This document shows positions 7,563 through 15,366 of a stretch of DNA of 39,691 nucleotides, piece by piece. The stretch lies in the IMG/VR virus record IMGVR_UViG_3300017424_000003, positions 1 to 39,691 of that record; one strand, 5' to 3'. Below the pieces are notes generated by a model. That model had not been told where the DNA came from and made no database searches. It was given only the letters and a program-made list of their open reading frames with translations. This stretch comes from a virus. The first letter of the stretch is position 1; each line of letters opens with the position of its first letter. Both the position numbers and the translations under genes were made by a program.

Positions 7563-7784
7563 ATGACCCACGACTACGACGCCATGACCCGCGCCATCAA
7601 GGACGCGCAGTTAGGCACACAGCTACGTATCATCCGCCAGATCGTGGAGGCCAAGGACTTCCAGGATTTCACGTCCGACGCGCTGTATATGCTCGACGAG
7701 GCTCTGGACGACATGGATGCGCAGGCGGTGGATATGCTGAGGCAGGAGGATTTGGAACTGCATGGGCCGGAGGTAGAGGCATGA
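7563..7784 (+). CDS. Strongly acidic 73-aa protein
   Basis: Trimmed to ATG 7563 after a GGGAGG SD. Counted 18 D/E against 6 K/R. Confidence 0.6.
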   Translation: MTHDYDAMTRAIKDAQLGTQLRIIRQIVEAKDFQDFTSDALYMLDEALDDMDAQAVDMLRQEDLELHGPEVEA

Positions 7785-8041
7785 GCGGCGGGGATTATGG
7801 GTTTGCAGGAAAGGTTGTGGAAACCCTTACTCCAGAACAAGTCCGCGTAGGTATGCGGGTGATGTCCGCTCCTTTTACCATGCTTGAACTGTGGACCGCT
7901 TTGGGCAATGCGGGTGTGGAGTATTGGTCGCTTGCAGCAGCTTGGGGCCTTGCTTGGCAGGAACGCGATCTAGGCCGTGTAGAATGCCTTGACGTTAGAA
8001 CCGGCAAGTGGGCACCGGTAGTAACACGAGACGCCGCATGA
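7781..8041 (+). CDS. Hypothetical protein
   Basis: 86-aa ORF with ATGA overlaps on both sides. Confidence 0.6.
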   Translation: MSGGDYGFAGKVVETLTPEQVRVGMRVMSAPFTMLELWTALGNAGVEYWSLAAAWGLAWQERDLGRVECLDVRTGKWAPVVTRDAA

Positions 8042-8187
8042 CCCCCCGCCAGATCGGCGCCACCGACTACCAGCGGGGCCGGACGCGGGCACAGAACCCT
8101 TATCGCCTAGCAGGACCGTCACGGGCTGCATGGTTTGGGGGTTGGGATGATGCGCTCAGGGCAGAGAAACAGGAGATGGCAGCATGA
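8038..8187 (+). CDS. Second Rmf/CrpP-like miniprotein
   Basis: 49 aa, not in the track. YQRGRTRAQNPY...RAAWFGGWDDA. ATGA-coupled at both ends. Confidence 0.55.
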   Translation: MTPRQIGATDYQRGRTRAQNPYRLAGPSRAAWFGGWDDALRAEKQEMAA

Positions 8188-8537
8188 CGCGTCGTGAAGA
8201 ATTAATATCTTTGGCAGAGCGCTGCGAAAGTATGGAAGGCGAAGACAGAGGCTTAGACACTTAAATATTTGATGCGCTTAATGGCGGAACAAGAGCAGGA
8301 CGCTTTCTGCTTCCATGGGCGCACCGATACACGTCCTCAGTTGATGCGGCTATGACACTTATTCCAAAGCCTTGGGTGCTGGAAACGCTGTCAGATCATG
8401 GCACGGGAAAATGGGGAGCATGCCTCAATATCCCTATGAAATGGGACTGCGGGGCTTTTGCTCCTACAGCTGCCAGAGCGCTAACCTCCGCGTGCCTTCG
8501 CGCACTTTCTACTGAGGAGTCCAAGCTATGTTCATAA
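8184..8537 (+). pseudogene. Single reading frame interrupted by one in-frame TAA (8262-8264)
   Basis: ATG 8184 and ORF 8352..8537 are in the same frame (168 nt apart). The only stop between them is TAA at codon 27, giving ...EDRGLDT*IFDALNGG... One counted line is 43% GC. Confidence 0.6.
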
Positions 8538-8734
8538 AGACCACCACCCACAAGCGCATCGTAGCGGAGAAGGATGAGGAGATTGCGGGGTTGATGAAGC
8601 GCGTAGCCAGTATGGGCTTCTGTATGGCTCAGGATGAAGACTTCATAGCTAGCCTGCAATCTCAGCTAGCCCCCTTCACCAAGATCCGTAACCGTGACAG
8701 TCGCGGACGCTTCATCAAGGACACCGTGGCATGA
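8528..8734 (+). CDS. Hypothetical protein
   Basis: 68-aa ORF overlapping the previous frame by 10 nt. Confidence 0.55.
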   Translation: MFIKTTTHKRIVAEKDEEIAGLMKRVASMGFCMAQDEDFIASLQSQLAPFTKIRNRDSRGRFIKDTVA

Positions 8735-8829
8735 CTATTGGAGACGGAATAGCAGTAGCAGCCCTCCCTATTGCAATGGCGATAATAGCGTGGGCTTGGG
8801 CTTGGGCACAAAGAGGACAACGCAAGTGA
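8731..8829 (+). CDS. 32-aa membrane miniprotein
   Basis: ATGA-coupled. Translation MTIGDGIAVAALPIAMAIIAWAWAWAQRGQRK. Uses several rare ATA/GTA codons, so uncertain. Confidence 0.4.
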   Translation: MTIGDGIAVAALPIAMAIIAWAWAWAQRGQRK

Positions 8830-8879
8830 TCTACCAGCGCCGCCACTCCCTCCACACCCGCGACAGGGACATTGCCAAC

Positions 8880-8984
8880 ATGCCACTACAGCCCGACCAT
8901 GCAGGCGAATCCTGGTACGTTTCTCTTGCCCTGTGGATCGCAATGGTGCTTGTCATCGTGGCATGCGCTGTGGCATTCGCTTAA
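8880..8984 (+). CDS. 34-aa membrane miniprotein (alternative GTG start 8826)
   Basis: MPLQPDHAGESWYVSLALWIAMVLVIVACAVAFA. An in-frame GTG at 8826 forms a GTGA overlap with the previous stop. Confidence 0.4.
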   Translation: MPLQPDHAGESWYVSLALWIAMVLVIVACAVAFA

Positions 8985-9003
8985 TCCTTTAGGAGATGAT
9001 GAG

Positions 9004-10227
9004 ATGACCGATACGACAGACCAGCAAGCGGTGACGGTTGCGCAGGACGATGAATGGCATCGCGCTCTGGCAATCAAGCGTTACGCCGATCCCGCCGTGC
9101 AGCGCGTGTCCTACCTTCTCGCTTGTCAGCTTGGCTTGCTCGGAAGGGGGAAGTTGATCGACTTCCACGAAGGGCAGTGCGCCATATCGGCAGCCGAGAG
9201 CATGGTGCAGGATGTTCGGCGAGAAGACGCCCGCCTCGCCTCTGTATCATCCGCGAGTGCAGAACTACCGGGTGACGTGCGCGCGCTGGTGGTCGCGGCG
9301 CGCGAGTTTTGGGATGACGAGAACAGCGGGACGGTTCGAAGCCATGCGCTCGATAAGGCTCTGGAAGCGTTTTCCAGCCGCGTCCCCTATGACGGCGAAC
9401 CCTCCCCCGAACCTGTACCCGCGACCAATCAGGCGGGAGAGGTGGAGGGTCTGGACGCTTACGACGCTGGCCTACTCGGTGATGGGGGCGGTGGCGATGT
9501 CGACTGGTGGCAGAACTATATCCGCGACGAGTTGGAGCGCGCGCATGAGTTCTACAGCGATCAGGTCGCGGGCTTAACTGCGCCGGTCACGACAATGCCC
9601 GAAGCCACAGTGTCCATAGTGGCGCGCACGGTTCGTCAGACCTTGCGCGATTACGGTCATGGCACTGCCGAGAGTTCGTTGCCGGAAACGATCGCGAGTG
9701 AAGTTGCCTCCGCCCTCGCTGCCGTACCGACGCCTTTGATAGTGGATGATCTGTCAGATGCGCTTTACGCATTGCGGCGTCACCTGAACCTCGTCGGCTA
9801 CGCAATCAATGACCGCAATTGGCGCGATACCGAATCCGCTTACAACGCACATCGCGATAATCTCGACGGGATTTTAATTAAGAGACGCCGCGCCGCCCTC
9901 GCTACCCAGCCCGCAACGTCGCAGGAGGGGGAATGGGTGACGGTCCCACGCGAGCCAACACAGGACCAGCTTATTGCCGGGAACGGCATGTTCCACACGG
10001 GCGAAGTGCCGCTCAACATTTACCGCGCCATGATCGCCGCCACCCCGACGCCTCCCACCCTATCGGAGGACTTGCGGGATGTTGCGCGGGATGCCTTGGT
10101 CACTCTCGATAATATCGGAATGCAAGCCGGATTGGCAATTTGCGCCGAGGACGGCACGACGGGCGGGGATGTCCTCACAGTCGTCGAACGCCTCCGCGCC
10201 GCCCTCGCACAGGTGAAGGCATCATGA
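9004..10227 (+). CDS. Large acidic hypothetical protein (407 aa)
   Basis: ORF 8872..10227 trimmed to ATG 9004 after an AGGAG. Modular, with no enzymatic motif recognised. Confidence 0.75.
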   Translation: MTDTTDQQAVTVAQDDEWHRALAIKRYADPAVQRVSYLLACQLGLLGRGKLIDFHEGQCAISAAESMVQDVRREDARLASVSSASAELPGDVRALVVAAREFWDDENSGTVRSHALDKALEAFSSRVPYDGEPSPEPVPATNQAGEVEGLDAYDAGLLGDGGGGDVDWWQNYIRDELERAHEFYSDQVAGLTAPVTTMPEATVSIVARTVRQTLRDYGHGTAESSLPETIASEVASALAAVPTPLIVDDLSDALYALRRHLNLVGYAINDRNWRDTESAYNAHRDNLDGILIKRRRAALATQPATSQEGEWVTVPREPTQDQLIAGNGMFHTGEVPLNIYRAMIAATPTPPTLSEDLRDVARDALVTLDNIGMQAGLAICAEDGTTGGDVLTVVERLRAALAQVKAS

Positions 10228-10571
10228 GCGGGGCTGTCGAAGGGGTGGCGCTGCGTGAGGCGCTTATGGCATGGGAGCCGGACGGGGATGATCGGGTTCG
10301 TCCGCTGTTGCTTGCGGAAGCAGACCGTCGCGACGCGCTCGAATACAACCTCACCGACGCAAACCACGTCATCGCGTTCCTGCTGCATCGCCTAGACGCC
10401 TCCCTCACCACACCCCCAGCGCGGTCCTATGCGGCTGCGATCGAGGACGCGGCGAAGGTGGCGGACGATTACGCACTAGGCGCCCTTGAGGGTGGCGAGC
10501 CGTTAATCGAGGCCACTGCGGAGACGATCGCCGCCGCGATCCGCGTCTTGTCGCAGGAACCCCGCGCATGA
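10224..10571 (+). CDS. Hypothetical acidic protein
   Basis: Trimmed to ATG 10224 (ATGA overlap). 115 aa. Confidence 0.65.
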   Translation: MSGAVEGVALREALMAWEPDGDDRVRPLLLAEADRRDALEYNLTDANHVIAFLLHRLDASLTTPPARSYAAAIEDAAKVADDYALGALEGGEPLIEATAETIAAAIRVLSQEPRA

Positions 10572-10972
10572 AAACCCTCCTAACTTACAAGGGCATAAAA
10601 TACCTGTGCATCGCGGCGGCACTGCCAACGACGGCTGTGGTGACGCACAGGAGCCACAAGCAGATCAACCGTGTTGTGGAGCGCGTGCATCCTAAGCCCG
10701 TCCGTAGGTACGTTGCGGAGGTTCGTAAGCCTATCCCGGCCACCGACCTCCCCATTGCACCCGTCGCAGCCATCGCGACTGCTGAGTGTATCCCTGGAGG
10801 TGGCGGGTTTGCTGGTGGCGGCGGATCTGGAGGCTTTATCGGCGTAGGAGGTGGCGTTATCGGCATAACGCCCATCCCCAGCCCCACGTCGCCCGTTCCA
10901 GAGCCGTCCGGTTGGGCACTTATGATTCTGGGGTTTGGTGTTGTTGGTGGTGTTATGCGGAGGAAGGGGTGA
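10568..10972 (+). CDS. PEP-CTERM (PEPxxWA-type) sorting-signal protein, glycine-rich
   Basis: The C-terminus VPEPSGWALMILGFGVVGGVMRRKG is PEP, then a TM helix, then a basic tail. Hydrophobic N-terminus and a GGGGFAGGGGSGGFIGVGGG tract. Confidence 0.75.
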   Translation: MKTLLTYKGIKYLCIAAALPTTAVVTHRSHKQINRVVERVHPKPVRRYVAEVRKPIPATDLPIAPVAAIATAECIPGGGGFAGGGGSGGFIGVGGGVIGITPIPSPTSPVPEPSGWALMILGFGVVGGVMRRKG

Positions 10973-11199
10973 TGCTGATGGTAAGCCCGCACATCTTAGA
11001 TATCAGGTGGCGGATCGCTGCGGAAGAAAAGGCAGGGCGCATGCCGCCTGCTCAATCCCCTTATGGCAACTGGTACGCGCGCAAACTTGACGACCAATGG
11101 GGCATCATCCAGCATATTAGCGACCGCCTCCAGAACGCGCGATTTGTACCAGTCAGCGATGCTGAATTTGCCGAAGTCAATTCACGCTACCGAGACTAA
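10972..11199 (+). CDS. Hypothetical protein
   Basis: 75 aa from ATG 10972, which shares one nt with the upstream TGA. Last gene of the plus-strand cassette. Confidence 0.6.
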   Translation: MLMVSPHILDIRWRIAAEEKAGRMPPAQSPYGNWYARKLDDQWGIIQHISDRLQNARFVPVSDAEFAEVNSRYRD

Positions 11200-11375
11200 C
11201 CCCCCAACCGCTTCCCAACCTGCCGCACACCCTCATTTTTAGCCGCCTCCACCAAAGCATCCTTGGCCGCATCGAGCGTCAGGGGTGCTTTGGGGTTTTC
11301 TACGATCTTGGCGACGGCTGGGATTAGGACGCGCTTGGCGAACCCAGCGAGCAGCTTTCCGAAGTTGATTTTCAT
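11196..11375 (-). CDS. 59-aa amphipathic protein, last gene of the lysis cassette
   Basis: Not in the track. ATGA overlap with the upstream gene and GC-rich third codon positions. MKINFGKLLAGFAKRVLIPAVAKIV... Confidence 0.45.
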   Translation of the reverse strand: MKINFGKLLAGFAKRVLIPAVAKIVENPKAPLTLDAAKDALVEAAKNEGVRQVGKRLGG

Positions 11376-11605
11376 GGTCGTGTCTCCGTGACTGAAACCG
11401 GGTCTGAGGGCGTACCGGCTGGTTCTGTGCCGCCAGTCTTTGGCCTGAAGGTGCCTAGGACGCCTACAAGGCCGGTCGTAAGGCCACCGAAGCCCAATGC
11501 TTCAGCATACCTCCCTGCATATGCCAGAATGGCCGCTATGGTGGCTAAATAGCAAATCGCGCCGACAAGGGTTGAGAAGGCGATCAGCGAGTGGCGCTCT
11601 GTCAC
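11372..11605 (-). CDS. Two-TM membrane protein downstream of the endolysin
   Basis: 77 aa with two hydrophobic helices. Sits at the spanin position but has no canonical lipobox. Confidence 0.6.
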   Translation of the reverse strand: MTERHSLIAFSTLVGAICYLATIAAILAYAGRYAEALGFGGLTTGLVGVLGTFRPKTGGTEPAGTPSDPVSVTETRP

Positions 11606-12189
11606 AGCGGTAAACCCTTATACACACGCATCTCAGCGGCACGGCGATTGACCAGCCCCTGCATCACGCGCCCGCCCGACTTGTTCCAGGCAGGAAATTG
11701 CGCGGCTGCACCGTCATAATCCGCCGCCTTGTGCTTCTTCAGCAGCGTCGACCCCGTGAAGGCACCAACGCCGATGTTATAGGCGAGCGACACCATGGCG
11801 CCCTTCTGCATGGCCGTAGCGGGTGCCCCATCTAGCGCCTTGTCCACGCCTGCCGCAAACTCCAGTACGTGCGCTGCCAGACGCGCGTCAGCCTGTCCCT
11901 GCGTCCACGTAGCGCCGATGCTGATAAGGCGTCCCTGAGGGTCTGACGTTGACCCCCAACCGATCGTGATAGGCTTCCCACCAGTCCCCGGATCCGGGTA
12001 CGCCGTCAGCTTGCACCCCTCAAACTTCTTGATGAGCGACAACGCGAATGGCAACCAACCCTCAGTGTCTCCGCCGCGCGGCAGGCCGAACATATCCGCC
12101 AGATCGTCTATAGCCGTCACCATCGCAGGCGTGAAGCGGTTGCCGGGTGCGTAGCGGCGGGCGTCAACGAATAGCTCTGCACGTGTCAT
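11602..12189 (-). CDS. Endolysin, glycoside hydrolase family 24 lysozyme
   Basis: LIKKFEGCKLTAYPDPGTGGKPITIGWG carries the catalytic E/D/T region. ...AMVSLAYNIG... and ...GLVNRRAAE are also typical. Confidence 0.9.
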   Translation of the reverse strand: MTRAELFVDARRYAPGNRFTPAMVTAIDDLADMFGLPRGGDTEGWLPFALSLIKKFEGCKLTAYPDPGTGGKPITIGWGSTSDPQGRLISIGATWTQGQADARLAAHVLEFAAGVDKALDGAPATAMQKGAMVSLAYNIGVGAFTGSTLLKKHKAADYDGAAAQFPAWNKSGGRVMQGLVNRRAAEMRVYKGLPL

Positions 12190-12509
12190 CCCCGGCTCCT
12201 ATCTTCTTTCCAACGCCCATTCATTGCAGCCATTTGCGCATTGGCGCGATCATGCCGCCATTTACGGTAAGCGGCGCCACTGAGGAACAGCACAACGCCA
12301 TAGGTAAGAAGGGTTATCGACCAACCCTCGAATGGGCTACCGTTGCGCTCCCAGATAATAGCCACGGTCAGAAAGCTACCAGACCCAGCCATCGCCAATC
12401 CGACCCGCTCGACAGCGATCGTCATATGGCGATATTTGGTTATCAGAATGACGGAAACACATGTTAGCAACACGCGGCCTAATGAATTGAGAATATCCCA
12501 AAAGATCAT
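12186..12509 (-). CDS. Holin-like membrane protein (3 TM)
   Basis: 107 aa and hydrophobic. Immediately upstream of the endolysin and ATGA-coupled to it. Confidence 0.65.
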   Translation of the reverse strand: MIFWDILNSLGRVLLTCVSVILITKYRHMTIAVERVGLAMAGSGSFLTVAIIWERNGSPFEGWSITLLTYGVVLFLSGAAYRKWRHDRANAQMAAMNGRWKEDRSRG

Positions 12510-12814
12510 TCCGTCTCCCCCTTCAGGCCGAGCATGAGAATGAGCTTCTTACGTATCAGTGGCATAAGGCCGATGCCGAACGCCGACCCAAAGAATGTCG
12601 TGCCGCAAGCAACGCGTATAGGAGTGATATCGACGTGGAACATATCAGCCACCACCAGAGGAACGCCAAAGACACCAAAAAACGTGCCGACGACTAAAGC
12701 AAAGGCAATCTCTCGCCAATGCATCGCTTTCCATGGGAGGGACCAGACTGACACAATGGCGCCGCCTATAGCTGCCATAGCGATAAGAATGATACGACGG
12801 CTATCTTCATCCAT
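12506..12814 (-). CDS. Holin-like membrane protein (3 TM)
   Basis: 102 aa and hydrophobic. Confidence 0.65.
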   Translation of the reverse strand: MDEDSRRIILIAMAAIGGAIVSVWSLPWKAMHWREIAFALVVGTFFGVFGVPLVVADMFHVDITPIRVACGTTFFGSAFGIGLMPLIRKKLILMLGLKGETE

Positions 12815-13323
12815 TACGACCTAGCCACCTTGCTAACATTTCCCAAGGCTTGTGGGGAAGTGCGCTCCAACCGATAAAGGCCAAGCAGACTACGCAACCG
12901 ATCTGAAACACCTTTACCTCCTAGCAGCAAAAACACCGCCACCTGTGCTAATAGCATTTTGTCCAGCCAAAAGGTGTAATTTTCGTCTGACAATTGGCCC
13001 CGAGATGAATGCATTCCGATTTGTGTCATGCAAAGCATATAGACGGCCCAGCCCCACCAACGGAAACGCCCCGTCACTAGGGCCAGAACGCCCACAGACA
13101 GATCCGCGATCGTCCACAGGTCTACAGCCGATGTAGGAACGCCCTGCGCTCTCAGCCATGCTTGTGGCGAGGCGGCGACGTAAGTCCATTCGACGAAGCA
13201 CCAGTTAAGCACGATCCCCGCTGCAAGAACGAATGCAGCAAGGCGCTGGCCTACCGGGGCATGAACGGCAAACACCACCGCCCCTAAGCATAGCCCCAAA
13301 TAGATCAGCGCCTCGCCGGACAT
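12814..13323 (-). CDS. Polytopic membrane protein of unknown function
   Basis: 169 aa with 4-5 hydrophobic helices. TAATG-coupled. Confidence 0.65.
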   Translation of the reverse strand: MSGEALIYLGLCLGAVVFAVHAPVGQRLAAFVLAAGIVLNWCFVEWTYVAASPQAWLRAQGVPTSAVDLWTIADLSVGVLALVTGRFRWWGWAVYMLCMTQIGMHSSRGQLSDENYTFWLDKMLLAQVAVFLLLGGKGVSDRLRSLLGLYRLERTSPQALGNVSKVARS

Positions 13324-13427
13324 TACTTCGGCGGCACAGTCGGACCGTGCCCACCACTGCGCTGCGTCGATGCGGATTCGCTGTTCGGCTTAATTGGCGG
13401 CTGCGGCTTTTTCGGTTTATCGGCCAT
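13323..13427 (-). CDS. 34-aa Lys/Pro-rich miniprotein
   Basis: Not in the track. GGAG SD 8 nt upstream of ATG 13427. TAATG overlap with the next gene. Confidence 0.35.
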   Translation of the reverse strand: MADKPKKPQPPIKPNSESASTQRSGGHGPTVPPK

Positions 13428-13438
13428 GTTCTATACTC

Positions 13439-15280
13439 CTATCGTGTCGCCAAGACTGAAATGTCATGCGCGGGCACAGCAATATCAGCAGTGGTCATGT
13501 TGGTATAGGTGATCGTTAGCGTTTCAGCAGCCGAAACCTTACCACGAACGAACACGCCATCAGGGAAACCACCAAAGTCCACCGGCTCGACGCGGATGCT
13601 GTCGCCCTGAACGGTGCCGATAACCGGCGTAATCGTCGTGATTTTGGTTTGCCCCGGCGTCAGCGTGCCGATGTTGTTGACAGAGCTGCCACCCGTGCTC
13701 CACCGATGGCCGATGCTGTTGACGGCGAACCCGGTTGCGCTGTTGGGCAGGACGCCGCCCATAGTGGTGTTGGCCTTGAACGCGCCGTTGGTGCCACCGG
13801 TTGCCTTGAACACGTTGCCGCCGATTGCGGAATCCACAACATCGCCGCCCGAGCTTTCATAGAAAGGCGCGGTCCCGGTATTACCGGAAAAGAAATTACC
13901 GTTGATAGCTAGGCCGGACGTGGGCACTGGCTGCATGTCACTACCCAACACAGGACCGCCGCGTGTAACCTCGATCAATGGTTTGTTGGTGGTACCCAGC
14001 CCGTCGCCGTTGTTGCCGATTATAACCAGACCCTGCGCAGAGCGGGCGCGGACGATCTGATTGACCTTCTCAAACGTGTTGTTGGCAATGTTGATGTTGC
14101 GCAACTGATACGGCAGCGTATCGATACCCTCAAAGAAAACAGCGGTACGTGACGGCGACCAGATCGTGTTCTGCGAGGCAATGAAGCCGTCAAGGTTATA
14201 GGCAAGTATGCACTGGACCGCGATACCGTAGAAATCGTTGTCGATCACACGGACGTTGGTTACGAAATCGGACGCCGCACCCGTACCAAATGCGAGACAC
14301 TCCAGCGCGGTAACGTCGAACAGGTTGCCCTGGATTAGAACGTCATCGCCACGCTGGATGTTGATGGCCTTGTTCTGTGGCGTGGCAAACAGGCAGCCTC
14401 GAATGCGGATCGTGTTGCACTGGCCAGCCGCATAGGTGACGTTGACCAGTGATCCACCCGAACCGCCACCACCATTGGCACGAAGCACCATGTTATCGAG
14501 TGCGATCGAGGCGCCCTGCGCGATCGGCTCGACACGGAACAGATCCCGCGATGCGGTCTGCTGCTGGATACGAGCGCCGCTGGAATATTCGCAGTTACCT
14601 TCGCCTACCATGCGCAGGCTGCGGGTGATCTTAATGGCGTCGTCAACAAGGAACAGTCCCTGCGGAAACGTTACCTCGCCAGCGCCAAGGTATGGCGTGT
14701 TGGACGAAAACTGGTCGAAGCGGGTGTTGTACTCGATTTCGCTGACCGCGTCCTGAATTGCATCGGTATCGATCGCAATGCCATTGCCGACCGCACCAGC
14801 GCGTGACAGCGACTTTTCCATGATGCCGGACGTACCAGCGCCACGGTCGAAGATGTCGATCAAGCCCTTCTCGACGGTCGGGCGAACCGTGCTGGCGATG
14901 CCTGTCGCGTTCTGCCGCACAAGCGATCCCGGCACACCAGTAAACAGGCCATCCGCCTCGTTAGGATCGCCCACCAGATAGGCCACCGACAGCCCAGAAC
15001 CCTGCAACGCCAGAACCGTGCTAAACGTGTTCTCAGCCGTCTGCGCACCGGACTGAACCCAGCGGCCCGACTGCAATGGCGTGAAGCCATCGGGGCGGAT
15101 GACGGTCTTGCCGTTGTCGTTGGCAAGCGAACTGGCGTCGAACGTGAAAAGGCCAGATCCCGTTACCAGGATTGCCGCTTCGTCATTCATTTCATACGGT
15201 GAAACACCACGCAGCTCATTGATGCTGCGGACTTGCATAAGGTTCCCAGGGAACCGGAGTGTCGGATTGTTACCAAACAT
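13439..15280 (-). CDS. Tailspike with right-handed beta-helix (pectate-lyase-fold) depolymerase domain
   Basis: 613 aa. Repeated beta-helix rungs: INIQRGDDVLIQGNLF, VRVIDNDFYG, INIANNTFEK, VIIGNNGDG, AINGNFFSGN, IGGNVFKA. Confidence 0.8.
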   Translation of the reverse strand: MFGNNPTLRFPGNLMQVRSINELRGVSPYEMNDEAAILVTGSGLFTFDASSLANDNGKTVIRPDGFTPLQSGRWVQSGAQTAENTFSTVLALQGSGLSVAYLVGDPNEADGLFTGVPGSLVRQNATGIASTVRPTVEKGLIDIFDRGAGTSGIMEKSLSRAGAVGNGIAIDTDAIQDAVSEIEYNTRFDQFSSNTPYLGAGEVTFPQGLFLVDDAIKITRSLRMVGEGNCEYSSGARIQQQTASRDLFRVEPIAQGASIALDNMVLRANGGGGSGGSLVNVTYAAGQCNTIRIRGCLFATPQNKAINIQRGDDVLIQGNLFDVTALECLAFGTGAASDFVTNVRVIDNDFYGIAVQCILAYNLDGFIASQNTIWSPSRTAVFFEGIDTLPYQLRNINIANNTFEKVNQIVRARSAQGLVIIGNNGDGLGTTNKPLIEVTRGGPVLGSDMQPVPTSGLAINGNFFSGNTGTAPFYESSGGDVVDSAIGGNVFKATGGTNGAFKANTTMGGVLPNSATGFAVNSIGHRWSTGGSSVNNIGTLTPGQTKITTITPVIGTVQGDSIRVEPVDFGGFPDGVFVRGKVSAAETLTITYTNMTTADIAVPAHDISVLATR

Positions 15281-15366
15281 TGTCGTTCCTCGGGTATCCT
15301 GATACCGTGTCAGGTATGCGGTTTATCATCAAATGGTCGACGGGGCTATTCCTCATGTATTGGTTC

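Noticed and set aside
10585-10992. 135-aa minus-strand ORF opposite the PEP-CTERM gene
   Set aside because: It is a Pro/Gly-rich mirror of the glycine-rich plus-strand gene. The plus-strand frame has ATGA coupling and a recognisable sorting signal.
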